Below are positions 32,845 through 47,547 of a stretch of DNA of 64,000 nucleotides, one piece after another. How positions within the stretch are numbered: position 1 is the stretch's first letter; the number at the start of each line of letters is the position of its first letter. The notes under the pieces were generated by a model, which was not told the DNA's origin, made no database searches, and saw only the letters and a program-made list of their open reading frames with translations. Source of the stretch: the human T2T-CHM13v2.0 reference genome, Homo sapiens; assembly GCF_009914755.1 (NCBI RefSeq), contig NC_060925.1. The stretch is one strand, 5' to 3'. A program made the translations under genes and the position numbers.

Positions 32845-35313
32845 TTTTTTTTTTTAATGCTTTAAGTTCTAGGGTACATGTGCACAACATGCAGGTTTGT
32901 TACATATGTATACATGTGCCATGTTGGTGTGCTGCACCCATTCACTCATCATTTACATTAGGTATATCTCCTAATGCTATCCCTCCCTCCTCCCGCCACC
33001 CCACGACAGGCCCCAGTGTGTGATGTTCTCCATCCTATGTCCAAGTGTTCTCACTGTTCAATTCCCACCTATGAGTGAGAACATGCAGTGTTTGGTTTTC
33101 TGTCCTTGTGATAGTTTGCTGAGAATGATGGTTTCCAGCTTCATCCATGTCCCTACAAAGGACATGAACTCATCCTTTTTTATGGCTGCATAGTATTCCA
33201 TGGTGTATATGTGCCACATTTTCTTAATCCAGTCTATCGTTGATGGACATCTGGGTTGGTTCCAAGTTTTTGCTATTGTGAATAGTGCTGCAATAAACAT
33301 AAGTGTGCAAATGTCTTTATAGCAGCATGATTTATAATCCTTTGGGTATATACCCAGTAAAGGGATGGCTGGGTCAAATGGTATTTCTAGTTCTAGATCC
33401 TTGAGGAATCGCCACACTATCTTCCACAATGATTGAACTAGTTTATAGTCCCACCAACAGTGTAAAAGTGTTCCTATTTCTCCACATCCTCTCCAGCACC
33501 TGTTGTTTCCTGACTTTTTAATGATTGCCATTCTAACTGGTGTGAGATGGTATCTCATTGTGGTTTTGATTTGCATTTCTCTGATGGCCAGTGATGATGA
33601 GCATTTTTTCATATGTCTGTTGGCTGCATAAATGTCTTCTTTTGAGAAGAATCTGCTCATATCCTTTGCCCACTTTTTGATGGGGTTGATTTTTTTCTTG
33701 TAAATTTGTTTAAGTTCTTTGTAGATTCTGGATATTAGCCCTTTGTCAGATGGGTAGATTGCAAAAATTTTCTCCCAGTCTGTAGGCTGCCTGTTCACTG
33801 TGATGGTAGTTTCTTTTGTCATGCAGAAGCTCTTTAGTTTAATTAGATCCCATTTGTCAATTTTGGCTTTTGTTGCCATTGCTTTTGGTGTTTTAGACAT
33901 GAAGTCCTTGCCTATGCCTATGTCCTGAATGGTATTGTCTGGGTTTTTCTCTAGGATTTTTATGGTTTTAGGTCTAACATTTAAGTCTTTAATCCATCTT
34001 GAATTAATTTTTGTATGAGGTGTAAGGAAGGGATCCAGTTTCAGCTTTCTACATATGGCTAGTCAGTTTTCCCAGCACCATTTATTAAATAGGTAACCCT
34101 TTCCCCATTTCTTATGTTTGTTAGGTTTGTCAAAGATCAGATGGTTGTAGATGTGTGGTATTATTTCTGAGGGCTCTGTTCTGTTCCATTGGTCTATATC
34201 TCTGTTTTGGTACCAGTACCATGCTGTTTTGGTTACTGTAGCCTTGTAGTATAGTTTGAAGTCAGGTAGCATGATGCCTCCAGCTTTGTTCTTTTGGCTT
34301 AGGATTGTCTTGGCAATGGGGGCTCTTTGTTGGTTCCACATGAACTTTAAAGTAGTTTTTTCCAATTCTCTGAAGAAAGTCATTGGTAGCTTGATGGGGA
34401 TGGCATTGAATCTATAAATTACCTTGGGCAGTATAGTCATTTTCACAATATTGATTCTTCCTATCCATGAGCATGGAATGTTCTTCCATTTGTTTATTCG
34501 TTGAGCAGTGGTTTGTAGTTCTCCTTGAAGAGGTCCTTCACATCCCTTGTAAGTTGGATTCCTAGGTATTTTACTCTCTTTGAAGCAATTGTGAAGGGGA
34601 GTTCACTCATTATTTGGTTCTCTGTTTGTCTGTTATTGGTGTATAAGAATGCTTGTGATTTTTGCACATTGATTTTGTATCCTGAGACTTTGCTGAAGTT
34701 GCCTATCAGCTTAAGGAGATTTTGGGCTGAGACGACGGGGTTTTCTAAATATAGAATCATGTCATCTGCAAACAGGGACAATTTGACTTCCTTTTTTCCT
34801 AATTGAATACCCTTTATTTCTTTCTCCTGCCTGATTGTCCTGGCCAGAACTTCCAACACTATGTTGAACAGGAGTAGTGAGAGAGAGCATCCCTGCCTTG
34901 TGCCAGTTTTCAAAGGAAATGCTTCCAGTTTTTGCCCATTCAGTATGATATTGGCTGTGGTTTTGTCATAAATACCTCTTATTATTTTGAAATATATCCC
35001 ATCAATACCTAATTTATTGAGAGTTTTTAGCATGAAGGGCTGTTGAATTTTGTCGAAGGTCTTTTCTGCATCTATTGAGATAATCATGTGGCTTTTGTCT
35101 TTGGTTCTGTTTACAGGATGGATTACGTTTATTGATTTGCATTTGTAGAACCAGCCTTACATCCCAGTGATGAAGCCCACTTGATCATGGTGGATAAGCT
35201 TTTTTGATGTGCTGCTGGATTTGGTTTGCCAGTATTTTATTGAGGACTTTTGCATTGATGTTCATCCAGGATATTGGTCTAAAATTCTCTTTTTTTGTTG
35301 TGTCTCTCCCAGG
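32845..35313 (-). mobile_element. 5'-truncated L1PA (about PA4-6), 2.47 kb, inserted in a MIR
   Basis: ORF2 fragments of 197, 127 and 280 aa. TSD caaagccaca(a/t)act at 32832-32845 and 35314-35327. Confidence 0.95.
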
Positions 35314-35635
35314 CAAAGCCACATACTCTTAAGAACAAGGCTAGGCTTAACCACAGGCATCCTGACCTCAAGTCCTGTGTCAAAGTTCCACCTACAATGT
35401 GGCCCCACAGGGTAGGTCCTGAGAATGTTGTGAGTGCTAAACTGTACTGAATATAGTCTACTCAATTCAAGACATTCACTGAGCGCCTACTGTGTGCTCC
35501 TCACTGTGCTCTGTGCTGGAGGCTCAGAAGTGAAAAGGTCACAGGTGCTGTGGGAAAGGAGTTCATAGATGTGTGAGTAACCATGCAAATAAGTAAGGAC
35601 AATATGGAGCGCTATGTGCTGACCAAAGTAGGGGG

Positions 35636-36076
35636 ATTAGTCAGGGTTCTCTAGAGGAACAGAACTAATGGAATAGATATATAAATAAAAAGGAGTTTAT
35701 TAAGTATTAACTCACACAATCACAAGGTCCCACAATAGGCCATTGGTAGGCTGAGGAGCAAGGAGATCCTGTCCAAGTTCCAAAACTGAAGAACTTGGAG
35801 TCCAATGTTCTAGGGCAGGAAGCATCGCGCACAGGAGAAAGATGTAGGCTGGGAGCCTAGGCCAGTCTCTCTTTTCACATTTTTCAGCCTGTTTATATTC
35901 TAGCCGTGCTGGCAGCTGATTAGACTGTGCCCACCCAGATTAAGGGTGAATCTGTCTTCCCCAGCCCACTGACTTAAATGTTAATCTCCTTTGACAACAC
36001 CCTCATAGAAACACCCAGGATCAATACTTTGTATCCTTCAATCCAAGCAAGTTGACACTCAGTATTAAGCATCACA
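35636..36076 (-). mobile_element. MLT2A (HERVL) solo LTR inserted in an L2
   Basis: attagtcagggttctctagagg...gttgacactcagtattaagcatcaca; ggggg on both sides. Confidence 0.88.
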
Positions 36077-36428
36077 GGGGGACATGATAGCTCTAGGAGT
36101 GTGGGGTGCTTCAAGGAGGAGGGGCATCTGAACTAGGTTACGAGGATGAATTCAGGAGTTTTAAGCATACTCTTTTTTAATTATCAAGAAAAAAGCATAA
36201 AAGATTAGTGATTTGTGCAATACTAGACAGTGCCTTAAGATCAAATATTTAGAAATCTTGACAAATGTGAATCTGCACGCCAGACTATATGGCATCAATT
36301 TAGGACAGACGGTTAACGTAAAAAGCAAGTGAAGATATGTGAAAGAATAATGAGGTCCTTCTGTCCTTCCTAAAGGGTATATGCTCAATGAAAATATCAT
36401 GTTACATTGGATTAATTTGCTTACCTAC

Positions 36429-36711
36429 TTATTTATTTTTGAGACAGGGTCTTGCTCTGTTGCCCAGGCTGCAGTGCAGTGGTGCAAACATGGCTCATTG
36501 AAGCCTTGATCTCCTAAGCCCAATCATCCTGCCTCAGCCTCCTGAATAGCTGGGACCATAAGTGTGTACCACAATTCCCAGATAATTTTTTTTTAAGAGA
36601 CAGGGTCTCTTCATGTTGCCTAGGCTGGTCTCAATCACCTGGCCTCAAGCTATTCTCCCTCCTTGGCCTCCCAAAATACTGGGATTATAGACATAAGCCA
36701 TCACACTTGAC
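36429..36711 (-). mobile_element. AluJ
   Basis: Diverged antisense dimer. Confidence 0.87.
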
Positions 36712-36934
36712 TTCATGTTACATTTTAAAGCCAAATGAAGCAATCCCAATAGTTAAATGCCATCTGCAATTCTGACCACTTGTTAGAATGGCAAATTCAA
36801 AATATTACAGTCCAGTAAGGACATCAGGAACAGCCAGACACTTATTTTCTGGTGCATGTCTGACTGTGGCATGTCAGAAGTTGAGACATTCATGCTGTGA
36901 GCTGTACCGCCCCAGCAATTGCTCATGGACTTGT

Positions 36935-37305
36935 TGTATTAGTCTGCTTTCATACTGCTATGAATTGCCTGAGATTGGGTAATTTATAAAAGTAAGAGGT
37001 TTAATTGACTCACTGTTCAACATGGCTAGGGAGGCCTCAGGAAACTTACGATCATGGCAGAAGCTGAAAGGGAAGCCAGGCAACTTCTTCACAAGAAGGC
37101 AGGAAAAGTGCCGAGTAAAGGGGGAAGAGCCCCTTATAAACCATCAGATCTCATGAGAACTCACTGACTATCATGAGAACAGCATGGGGAAAACCACCCC
37201 CGTGATTCAATTACCTCTACCTGGTCTCTCCCTTGCCATGTGGGGATTATGAGGATTACAATTTAAGATGAGATTTTGGTAGGGACATAAGGCCTAACCA
37301 TATCA
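36935..37305 (-). mobile_element. MSTA/THE1D-like solo LTR
   Basis: tgtattagtc...ctaaccatatca; TSD (c/a)ttgt. Confidence 0.88.
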
Positions 37306-38844
37306 ATTGTCTACTGGTGGGCTTTCAGGAAAAAGGAAAATGGAAAACCCACCTGGCCCACTTGATCATGTCCATTCCAAGTCCTATCCTTTGGCAACAT
37401 CACGCCAAAGACATCAAGGTGGAATTTCTACCTTTTGAGGCCTAATATCCAAAATCCTTTCCTTCCTGTTATTTGCCCCCTTGTTTCAATCCCACCTCCC
37501 TTCCTCTCCCTCTCCCTCAATTCTCCTGCCACCCCTCCCCCAATCCTCTAGCATATGGCTTAGTGTCATGGAGATGTATCAAGTTTCTGGGTAGAAACTG
37601 AGGATTTCATTTCCAGTTAGTTCCTCCTCCTTTCTTCTTCTCCTTCTCTCTTCCTATTTGCCCCTTTTCTTCCTGATGTACACTATTCCTGCAGCAACAG
37701 CATTTTACATTACACTTAAATTTCACCTAGGATAGGAGAGACGTGTGTCTCACTGAAAGGATATAGGACAGGCCACCTTTCAACAGGAAGAAAGAAAGGT
37801 GGTCATCATTGAATTTTAAAACTCAATGGAATAAAAGATCAGAATGTGGCTTCCCCACACAAGGCACTCTTTCTTTCATGACAGGTCAGTGTTTGGATTC
37901 ATTTATTAGCATGAGGAGGTCAGCTACACAGGAGACACCAATCACTGCCTGCCTATTTATATGCAAAAATATGCCTGCTGCTCTAAGCAAACCCACTCTG
38001 ATCTTGGCCTCTGAAGCTACATCTGGTTGAACCAGAGCTGGGCACCTGAACTGAATTCAGTCTATTTATAGGCTGGCCAGCTATATATCACTTGGTTGCC
38101 TGCATCAAAAAATTAGCATGGGCCCATGAGGCTCTCCATTTAAACATTTTAAGTTGAGAAACTGGAAATCTGAGTCAGAAAGCCACAGCAGCTAAGTTAC
38201 AGGAATATGAAGTAAACTCGAGTGGGCCACAAGGAAGCTTAAGATAAACCAGAGAATTGAATGAAGCAAGTGGACAGTGAGAAGAGATGGCATGAGTAGA
38301 AAGAGAGACTTCATGTCCCTAATGATTCTGTGGTTTCTATTTGAGTCTATCCTTACAATCTTCCTCCTCCTTCTTGCAGGAATATGTTTCAGTTATTTGC
38401 AACCTAAAGGAATCTGACTAGAATGTAAAATCATTGACCTAGTAATATGATTGCTAGTCTGAGCCTGGAGGTAGCTCCCGTTTACTTCCAAGGCTTGCCA
38501 AAGATTCAAATGGAGTTACCAGGAATTGTAAGTTTAGTCAGTCTGAATTATGCAAAATGTTAACCAAAAGCTACACTGACCTTTGATGTCTGAATTTCCT
38601 CATCAACAGGCTAATCCTTGACAGAAACACTGGAAGTATTTCTTCTCTGCAAAACTACCCTCTTCCTTCACGCTGAATCATCAGAAAGAGGAGCCGGCTG
38701 CATCCCTAAATTCATCCCTTATTTTAATTAACCCAAGGATGACATGGAGGCCTTGGAGACCCTATACAGTGCTGTGTGTTCAGCAGTAAATATCCACCCA
38801 TTGTAGTCAGGAGCCAGCATCTTCATCATCCTTTCTTGTTAGAA

Positions 38845-39062
38845 CAAACTTGTCCAACCCATGGCCCACGGGCCACATGTGGCCTAGGACGGCTTTGAAT
38901 GCGGCCCAACACAAATTTGTAAAGTTTCTTAAAACATTAGGAGATTTTTTTGTGATTTTTTTAAGCTCATCAGCTATTGTGTTAGAGTATTTTATGTGTG
39001 GCCCAAGACAATTCTTCTTCTTCCAATGTGGCCCAGGGAAGCCGAAAGATCGGACACCCCTA
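38845..39062 (-). mobile_element. MER30 (hAT-Charlie), full length
   Basis: Both termini present; 8-bp TSD tgttagaa (38837-38844, 39063-39070). Confidence 0.9.
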
Positions 39063-42000
39063 TGTTAGAACACCAAGGTCTATTACTTTGAAGTTGTTAT
39101 CCTGGATTACCAATCAGAATTTGTGTTTTCACCATTACTAAGCCTACTCTTTAATTCTCTCAATCATCTCTGCTCTAAGAGATAAGGAATGGCAGGAATT
39201 ATTAAGAGTGAGAGGTTCTGAAAATCTGGTTGGTTTATTTTAGAGTTCTATGAAGTATTCATTTCCTCCTTGTACCACCCCCCTTTGTTTACAAGTGAGT
39301 ATCCCTCTGTTGCTCTCCTTTGGCACAAATATTCAGATGAAAAACATCCACATAAATGAGCGGTGTCTTAATCTGAAGAAATGTGCTCTGCATCCCATCA
39401 ATAGGAGCTCTAATTCCCCTATGGTTCAGGACACTCCAGTGACTCAAATGACCTTTCTGCCAAAGGATCTGCATCACTTCCTTTGTTCCTGTTCTACATA
39501 ATATGGAATTACAATAATGTGAATAATTTTTCTTTTATAAAAAAACCCCACGAAACACAGGAAATCTATCAAAAACAGTTTTGACAATTGAGAAAATCAC
39601 ATTTTAATCTGTTTAATTAAACACAGTGAAATTTCTTTTCTGCCAGCAAAGAATTTTACAAATTTTACAAAATTGGACTAGATTCAGTTTAGTGAGCATT
39701 CCAAGAACAAGTTTGTTAAACTGAGACAGAAAAGTAGCATTTAATTGATAAGCTATATAGCTAGTTACTACAGGAGAAGGGGAAAGAGACAAAGTTAAGG
39801 GTGTGCCTCAGTCAAGTTATCGTACCTCAAACTTCCTAAGAGGCTAAATCTAGTAAATACTTTAAAATATAAAAGCACACATTGGTTCTGAGTCCCGTCA
39901 GTAAAATGGCCCAATAGCACAAGGCCAGTGACCAGGGATGGTTCCGACTCTGGGCAAAACAAAGAAGACTCAGAATGGCAGCTGGCATCAGGGGCCCCCA
40001 CAGAAGGGGCTAGGCTGAGGGCACAGGCCAGCATAAGGCAGGTTGGTGTCTGGCCCAATGCAGACATATGAGAAGGTTGGCAGAACATGGCACCAAGAGG
40101 ACATAGCAGTATGTTTGAGAGATTCTCTCATATGAGGACTAGAGGTCAGCCTTGGGGTCTTTTGCAGGGAATCTAGGTAGGAAACCAACAAAAGGGGTCA
40201 AGATGTAAACCCAGTTAATGGAACCAAGGCACTACCTGAGCATATGAAATGAATAAGAGTCACGGTGGGGTAGGGCCGTCAGCAGAATGATGAGGCTGAC
40301 CAACAGACCTATTGAACAAGGGACACTTTATTTCTTCTAATAGCCAGATGGCTTCCAGGGCTTGGAAGGGGGCCAAGACAGCTAGAGAGAATGATGGATT
40401 TAAAGTGCTGGCACCCAGTAAATACAGGATAAACGATACTGCTGTTGTTTATTGCGGGTGAAGGATTAGCTGGGAGAAGGTGTATAACACTGGAAGGGGT
40501 CTCTGAACCTGAAAACTACATGAAGCACAACGGAGATGCATGTGTGGTGGGTGAAAGTCCAAGCAGGTGGGGCTGGATCTCTGGAAAGCATGGCAGCAGG
40601 AACAGGTGGCAGATGAAGTTGGGAGGTGGAGAAGAGGTGTGTTTGTACTGGAGAGAGAGGTAGACTACAGGGTCAAGAAGTCAGAGCTGGCCAGAAGCAG
40701 GTGCCCATGGTGCTGGAGTACAGGGGCAGGATTCTTGTCCCTTCCAGCAGAGAGAGGGAATATTCCTAAGAATAAAATCAGAGGTATACAAACAGGAGCA
40801 ACAGCATGGGTAATCCACTAATTCCTCTGCAACACAGGTAACACCGGTCTCATCTAAAAGCTGATACTCAGGTCTTTTGCAAGTAAGGTCTCTTATTGAC
40901 ATTTTACAACTTTATGAGACAAGTTGCGTTTTTTCTTTAGGACACTTACTGGTATTTTTAATTACACATATATTTGCGATTATTTATTTCATGCTTATCT
41001 CTCCAATTAAACTACAGGCTCCATGAGGGCAGGCATCATATTTGTTTACTTTATGTTTTGCATGTAGTAGGCACTAAACAACAATTGCCTGTTGAATAAA
41101 TAAAAGTAGTGTCACCCTTTCTTACAGGTGACAAACCTGTATCAAAAGTTTTTTTGGCCAAGTTCACCTTGCTAATAAGTGGTAGGTCTGGGTCTTTACA
41201 GGTGACCGAAGCTTTCTAAGAGTAGTCTCTTTCTATCAGGACCTCTCTCTAAGGTTGTCACAGCTTGGTGTCACAGTTATTGTGCAAAGGATATTGGTCA
41301 AATCTAGTCAATCCGATATATCATCAAGAATAGGCTAGTTATCGCCAGTCCATAAATAATAATGTTACTATTACCATACGTACAATCCTTCACTCATCAT
41401 AACATTGCCACTGTAATCACTGTTGTATAAAGCATCACAGCATTCAAAAAACTTTGATCTTCATGCATCCTTGGGAAGAAGGCATAAAGGTATTTTACAG
41501 GAAACTGAAACTTTTGAGTTGCCTGAGATGATGTAACTGAGAAGTGGAACTGAGACTCAATTCCAGGTGGAATTTCACCTGCAATGTAAGAGGAATTTTT
41601 TAAGTACTTAAAATGGAAAATATATCGAATGTGTAAAGATACTTAAAATGTGAATTCAAATGCTAATATATGACTAGTTCAAGATCAGATGATAAGCTTA
41701 ATGGCAGAAATATCTCTAAGTATTCATTCACTTAGAAGATCAGAGGATGAAGAGAAATTATAAAAAGGGTAGTACCTTTTGACTCAGTTGAGTCTGATGA
41801 CCTACTCCTAAAACCATGAGCTGGAGAGAGGCCAGTGCCCACAAGAGACCTGCCTGTAGAGTGGCACAGGCGCTGGGTGACTGGCCCGGCTGCCAGCTGA
41901 GGATCAAGTGCATATCTCTAATGGTCTTACCATCCTCCTGGCATGTTTCAGGTGGAGTCAGCATAGGGGTCCAAAATACAAGAGCAATGAATGCCAACTG

Positions 42001-43179
42001 CTGGACAGAATCTCAGTCTGGGCAGGCCACAGGTGGTCTGGCCACAGCCCAATGGATGGAGGTCTCCAGTTTCCAGGAAGAGAAGATAGCAGGAGAAGGG
42101 CACAGCCTCAATCCTTAGGGGCTTGAATAGCAGCCCTTTAGAAAGACAAAAAGCATATAAAGGCAGAAAGAAGAGGGACTGATCACTGATGGAAGAGCTA
42201 CTCTGTGCATGGTACTGCTCAGTACCTTACCTGTATTATTGCATTTATTCACCATAACAATGCTATAGGGTAGTCAAAACCACCTCAACACTACAGATGA
42301 TGAAAGTGATGCTGTACTTGCTCAAGGCCACACAGCTAATAAGCACTGGAACCACAATTTGAATTTATAGCTGTCCCCTGCCAGTCCTCAGGGCACATGG
42401 AAAGGAAGAGAACGCCCCCTCTCAAAAGTGCCCCAGGAGTCAAGCAAGTCTGCCTCCTGAGTCAGCTTAGAAGCATGTGTCTCTAGATACCTGGGTTGAG
42501 TGAGAGGTATGCATGCTAGAGGGGTGATGAAGACTGAATCTTGTGCTGATTTGATATCTCGAGTGATTGTGGGTCTGGGAGCAGGTGGGCAGTTCAGTGA
42601 GGAGCAGAGGAAAGTAGAAGCAGTAGAAATGAGACTGGAATCAATAGAACAGAAAATGTACTAGGCTTTCATATGGCCATTTTAATAAGTGGTATGCTTT
42701 CTGAACACCTGCCATCCTGGGCTATAATATCACAACATTATAATTTGGTTTACAAATGAGTGTATCACTTCAAAGTGTACAGAAATACTCTGTAGCATTA
42801 ATGCAGGGGAGTCTTTGATATTTGAAAATGCCTGTTTACTGGGAAGAGCCTGAGACTTTCCACCTACACTGTTTGTTTTCCTTCTCTTCCTCGCCATCCC
42901 CTGCATTTTGCTGCCTTTGGATGAATGGCTTTACCTTCCTAATAGGCAATGAAAAACCCAGTGCCCTGAGATCAAACAGCCCATTTGCTCAATGGAAGTC
43001 AAGTGCCTTTGACACATGCCAAAATTCTGTTGCTGCAAACAACAAAGAATGGCAACAAAAGCTAAAATGACAGCATTTATTTAAGGTATTTTTTGGTCTC
43101 CTAGATAAGTAGATTTAAAACCTGTTGACAACAACAACGACATAAATAAATAAATAAATAAAGCCTCTTGACAATGACC

Positions 43180-43430
43180 TACACTAAGAAGTACACTTTA
43201 TGTTGCAACCTATAGCATAAGAGGGAACATGTAGATGCGTGCATGTGTATAAATGAAACAAAGGTTACATGAAACATTACCTAGCTATATTATGGGTTGC
43301 GAATACACTCTGATATTTTCTATTCTATTTCAGTTCCTTTACAAACAAACAAAAAAAAAACTGGAGTGACCTACTAGAGTAATTTTACGATCCACTTACG
43401 AGTTGAACTTAAAATTTGAAAATCACCATC
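43180..43430. mobile_element. Charlie4-like hAT fragment
   Basis: tacactctgatattttctattcta...tttgaaaatcac; homologous to 45355-45612. Confidence 0.55.
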
Positions 43431-45354
43431 TAGACCTAGAGTAAAAGAACAAACTCACAGTGTTATAGGAGCTCCCCTAAAAAAGGAAGGTAAAGAAGGG
43501 TAGGGAAGTTCTAGGAACTGCATATATGCTTTCTCCTCCACAGATAGCACCATAAAAGCCCATCCCAATGATGAAATCAAGACGACCTGCATGGAGGTGA
43601 TCACAGGCTGAAAGAGCCCAGTAAAAAAGGCACAATTCATTAAAGCAAACCAACAACAACAAAAACTTTCTCCTGGCTAAACGATCACTGAAATAATGTA
43701 ACTCAAGAATCCCTGTAAACATTTTTGATAATCCACAATACCACCAAGCATTCACAAGCAGAGCACTGTTAGAAAACTGATTTTATCCAAACCTGTGTAT
43801 GTGTGTGTGTGTATGTTATAAAAACAGACCAAGTGATAGTAGCTGTTACATTTGCAGAATTTCCAGTCATTAGGTTGACCTCAGGGCAGGCGAGTGTTTC
43901 AGGGAGCGTGTTCTAAATCATAATTGAGCCCTCAGCTGTATTGAGGCCAACAAGCTATATCTTGTGTGTTTTTTGGCATTTACTTTCAAGAAAATGTTCT
44001 AACTTAAATCCATATTATCCCATCCACTCACCAAGAAACTTCCTTCTGAGGACTGGACAGTTTAGAAGCAGTATTAATCCTGCTTTTCTGCAAACCACAC
44101 AGAGGCTTCAGTTATCCAGCTCAGTGCTCACAAAGAAAAATGCAGACATGGACATGACAACTGCACTCCCCATTTTTTCTCATGTAATTACAGCTCCAAG
44201 TCTCACAATTCCAAGCCCTTTTCCTACAAACACACAATTTTTCCAGTCACAGCCACACACTGTTTGCCTCTATCATTAATGTCTCTCATCAGAATCTTCA
44301 AGGCACTCATTTTTGGGGCATAGAAGAGCATATATAAGGGAATACATTCCACTCTTAGTACTAGGCTGCTCAGCTAGGAGAAAGGGATCACCACTGAAAA
44401 CTGGGTGCTTCATTTCCCTGCAATCCCAGATTGACCCATTACTAAACATCCATATATACTTTGTCAGAATGAACCCCAATTTATATGCCAGTCCAGATGT
44501 CTCATACTTAATAGGCACCATTACCAACAAATATTGCTGAAATGGATTACTTGGCAGAGAAAACTAAATTTTCTTTGGATTCTTACATAAGGCAGGATTT
44601 CCACTTATCTAGTGTTGCATAAGTGTGAAGGAAAGAGAGTGAAACTAGTTATTTCCAAGATCTCTTTTAGGCCTTTAGCCAGTGATCTGAGAATGACATG
44701 AACATTATAATCACATTTTAGCACATTCTGTATTTGAACACATGCTGGGGTTAAAGTAAGTGTGCTGAGTTTCGGTCCCTACCCCAAGAGTGTCTGTGGT
44801 CAAATCCTGATGTTGGATCCTGATGCCTCCCAGTGTCTGTGTAGGTCTCAGCCCCCACCTGGATGCTACTGCTTCCTACTGGGTACACCCCCTGGCAAGG
44901 GATTCAGGGAATGCTGCTGCCACCAAATTTTCCCCTCCCCGCCTCTGAAAAATGCAAAAGATGCAAGTTCAGAAGGAAAACTATGCTTTCCTGTCTTAAC
45001 ATAACCTTCCCTTAACCAGGTTAAAATTTGTCACCAAAGAAGGAAAGGTAGAATCAGCTTCTAGCAAATGGTGAAGCTGACAATCTTCCCCCTCTTCATG
45101 TTCCCCGATCACACCTACCAGGCCACATAGAACTATGGACTCATCACTAGTTTGCTGAATGGACAGGGGTCCAAACAGTCAGGAAACCATCACCGTAAGG
45201 AGTCAACACAAGTGAGAGGAAATAAAACATGACTGGATAGAAAGTAATGCTGAGATTTTGGCCATGATTCCCAGGACCCAACTGGCCAACAGGAATGGCC
45301 CTGCAGAATTTCTATAAAGAGGCTGAATGGTGCAATCCAGTTGAAAGCGGATGC

Positions 45355-45612
45355 GGTCGATTTTTCACATTTATTTTTTACCATGACCTAGTGTAAGAAA
45401 TTTATTTACCTAATCAGTATACACAAACATAGTGTGTAAAAATGAAACAAGTTTTATGAAACAATACTTACCCTTATGACGCTATGTTGCAGTACACTCT
45501 GACATTTTCTACTGATTCTATTACAATAAAAATGAAAGATCTGGTCATGACCCACTAAATTGATTTCATGACCCACTAGTGGGTAGAGAGCAGCAATTGG
45601 GGAAAAAATGGT
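45355..45612. mobile_element. Charlie4-like hAT element
   Basis: gacccactaaattgatttcatgacccactagtggg signature. Confidence 0.65.
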
Positions 45613-47181
45613 ACAAAAACCTTGTCTTGAAGCTGTGCTCTAGTCATAATTGGACTGTTTCTACATTTGGGGTGACTTGGGAAGACTCAGAGATTAGGGA
45701 GGCCGAAGCCTTAATGATGTTTAGTTTGAGAGTAACAAAAGACGAAAGTGAAGAAATCAATAACCTTTCGACTAGGGCCCTTCAACATCCCAACTGTGTA
45801 TTTTTCAGAGAAAAGGGAGCTGGAAAACCAGGGTCCCTGACAGAGAACTAGGATGGCATGCAGAAAGTTAGAAAATTCCAAAAACAAGATTTAAAAAATG
45901 GTTTGGGTATTTCAAAATAAAGTACTAGATCTAAATCTCTTCACACAAAACTCTTGAGCTGGAAAATATGATTACATCATAAATGGCCTAAAATATGACC
46001 TAAAGCCAAACTGTAGTAATAATAATCTTTCTTCCTGAAATGATGGTTCCCTTATGACTGAAAAAAATAATTAAAAGAATAAAATGGCTATGTTTTTCTT
46101 CCATTACTATTTTGAAACTGCACCAAGATTAATTCATTAATTTCACCTTTTTCAATCATTTCAGGCTAAAAATGACTACATCTATACCTTATTTGGCTAA
46201 CATGTGTACACAGCTAATTATAGGAAGGCTACTTTTAAGTAGGTATCTTTTTCTTTTTTTTTGTCTTTCTTTAGAAAAATAACTTCATGTAGTTTTGGAA
46301 GCCAAAAGTTAAATATTAGAAAACTAACAGTTCAGCATCAGGAATAGAAACCAGCACACATATATGGAAGGTTTGTAAGAAAGAATTACCATGGGTAAGT
46401 CAAGACTTAGTTATAACAGAAAACACAACTTACAGCAATACCTCATCACCATTTACTCTCCATTTCTTCAGGCCACTGGTTCACATTCACCACACAAAAA
46501 CATCAACTGACAGACACTGAGGAAAGTGATGTGTGATGGCAGACAGTATGTGGGTCTAGGATCTTACACTATTTCAATGGTTTTTATTTAAAGTCTTCTA
46601 TAGAAAAAATTACTTGTCAAATGTGCTATAAATGGTTGAGTAAGCAGAGCTTTTGAAATAGATTTAGCAAATTCAACTGCATCTCATAATGGATTATCAT
46701 TAACAAGGCATGAGTTCATATGATTAGTTAATTAAGCAGAAAAAGTATAATGTCTTTGGTTGAATAAAATCAGTATTTTTTATTTATCAAACTCCAATTC
46801 CATTTCACAAATGTAAGTTATCATCAGCTCCCCATCCACTTTCTCCCATCTTCTTATCTCTTTCCCACCCTACACTTTCTCTCCCCTACAACCCGGGTTC
46901 CAAAAAGAAAAAAAAAAAAATCCCTCAGCTATTTGATCTTAATATCACTGCAAAAATCAAAACCAGTGTCTCCTGCCCCCAGGACAGTGGGTATCCCCAC
47001 CTGGCTGCCTCCTGTAGCTCATGCAAAATTCAACCCATAATTATAGATGCATTCTCAGTTTACGCTGCACTTGAGATTCAATGGTGACTAATGTCAAGAT
47101 GGAGAGATTTGTGAATAAAAATAATTTCAACAGCAAATAGAAATTAGTTTTGTCTTATTTGTCATTGACATGGGTAATGTA

Positions 47182-47547
47182 CAGATGGTCCCTAATTTAT
47201 GATGGTTCAACTTTCAATTTTTTGACTTTACAATGGTGCAAAAGTGATATGAATTCAGTAGAAACCATACTTTGAGTACTCATACAACCATTCTGTTTTT
47301 CACTTTCAGTACAGTATTCAATAAATTACATGAGATATTCAATACTTTATTTTAAAGTAGGCTTTGTGTTAGATGATTTTGTCTAACTATAGGCTAATGT
47401 AAATGTTCTGAGCATGTTTAAGGTAGTGTAGCGTGAGCTACAACGTGCGGTAGGTTACAAGTATTAAGTGTATTTTCAATTTATGATATTGCCAACTTAA
47501 GATACGTTTATCCGGATGTAATTCCATTATAAGTTGAGGAGCATCTG
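47182..47547 (-). mobile_element. MER47A (TcMar-Tigger), full length
   Basis: cagatggtccc...gaggagcatctg termini with TA on both sides. Confidence 0.88.

Noticed and set aside
33058-35087. Reverse-transcriptase-like ORFs (also 19884-22213) as a novel RT system
   Set aside because: These are frameshifted ORF2 fragments of 5'-truncated L1PA elements lacking promoter, ORF1 and endonuclease.
37480-37680. C/T-rich tracts as H-DNA elements
   Set aside because: Interrupted, without a clear long mirror symmetry; common low-complexity sequence.
38355-38935. Plus-strand splice-acceptor-like sites (ttcttgcag at ~38379, catcaacag at ~38609) as exons of an antisense lncRNA
   Set aside because: I recall antisense lncRNA annotation overlapping DDAH1, but exons cannot be delineated from sequence alone and such motifs are frequent.
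43180-45612. Two similar ~250 bp segments as a local duplication
   Set aside because: Both resemble Charlie4-type hAT elements and are strongly diverged from each other; independent insertions explain them.
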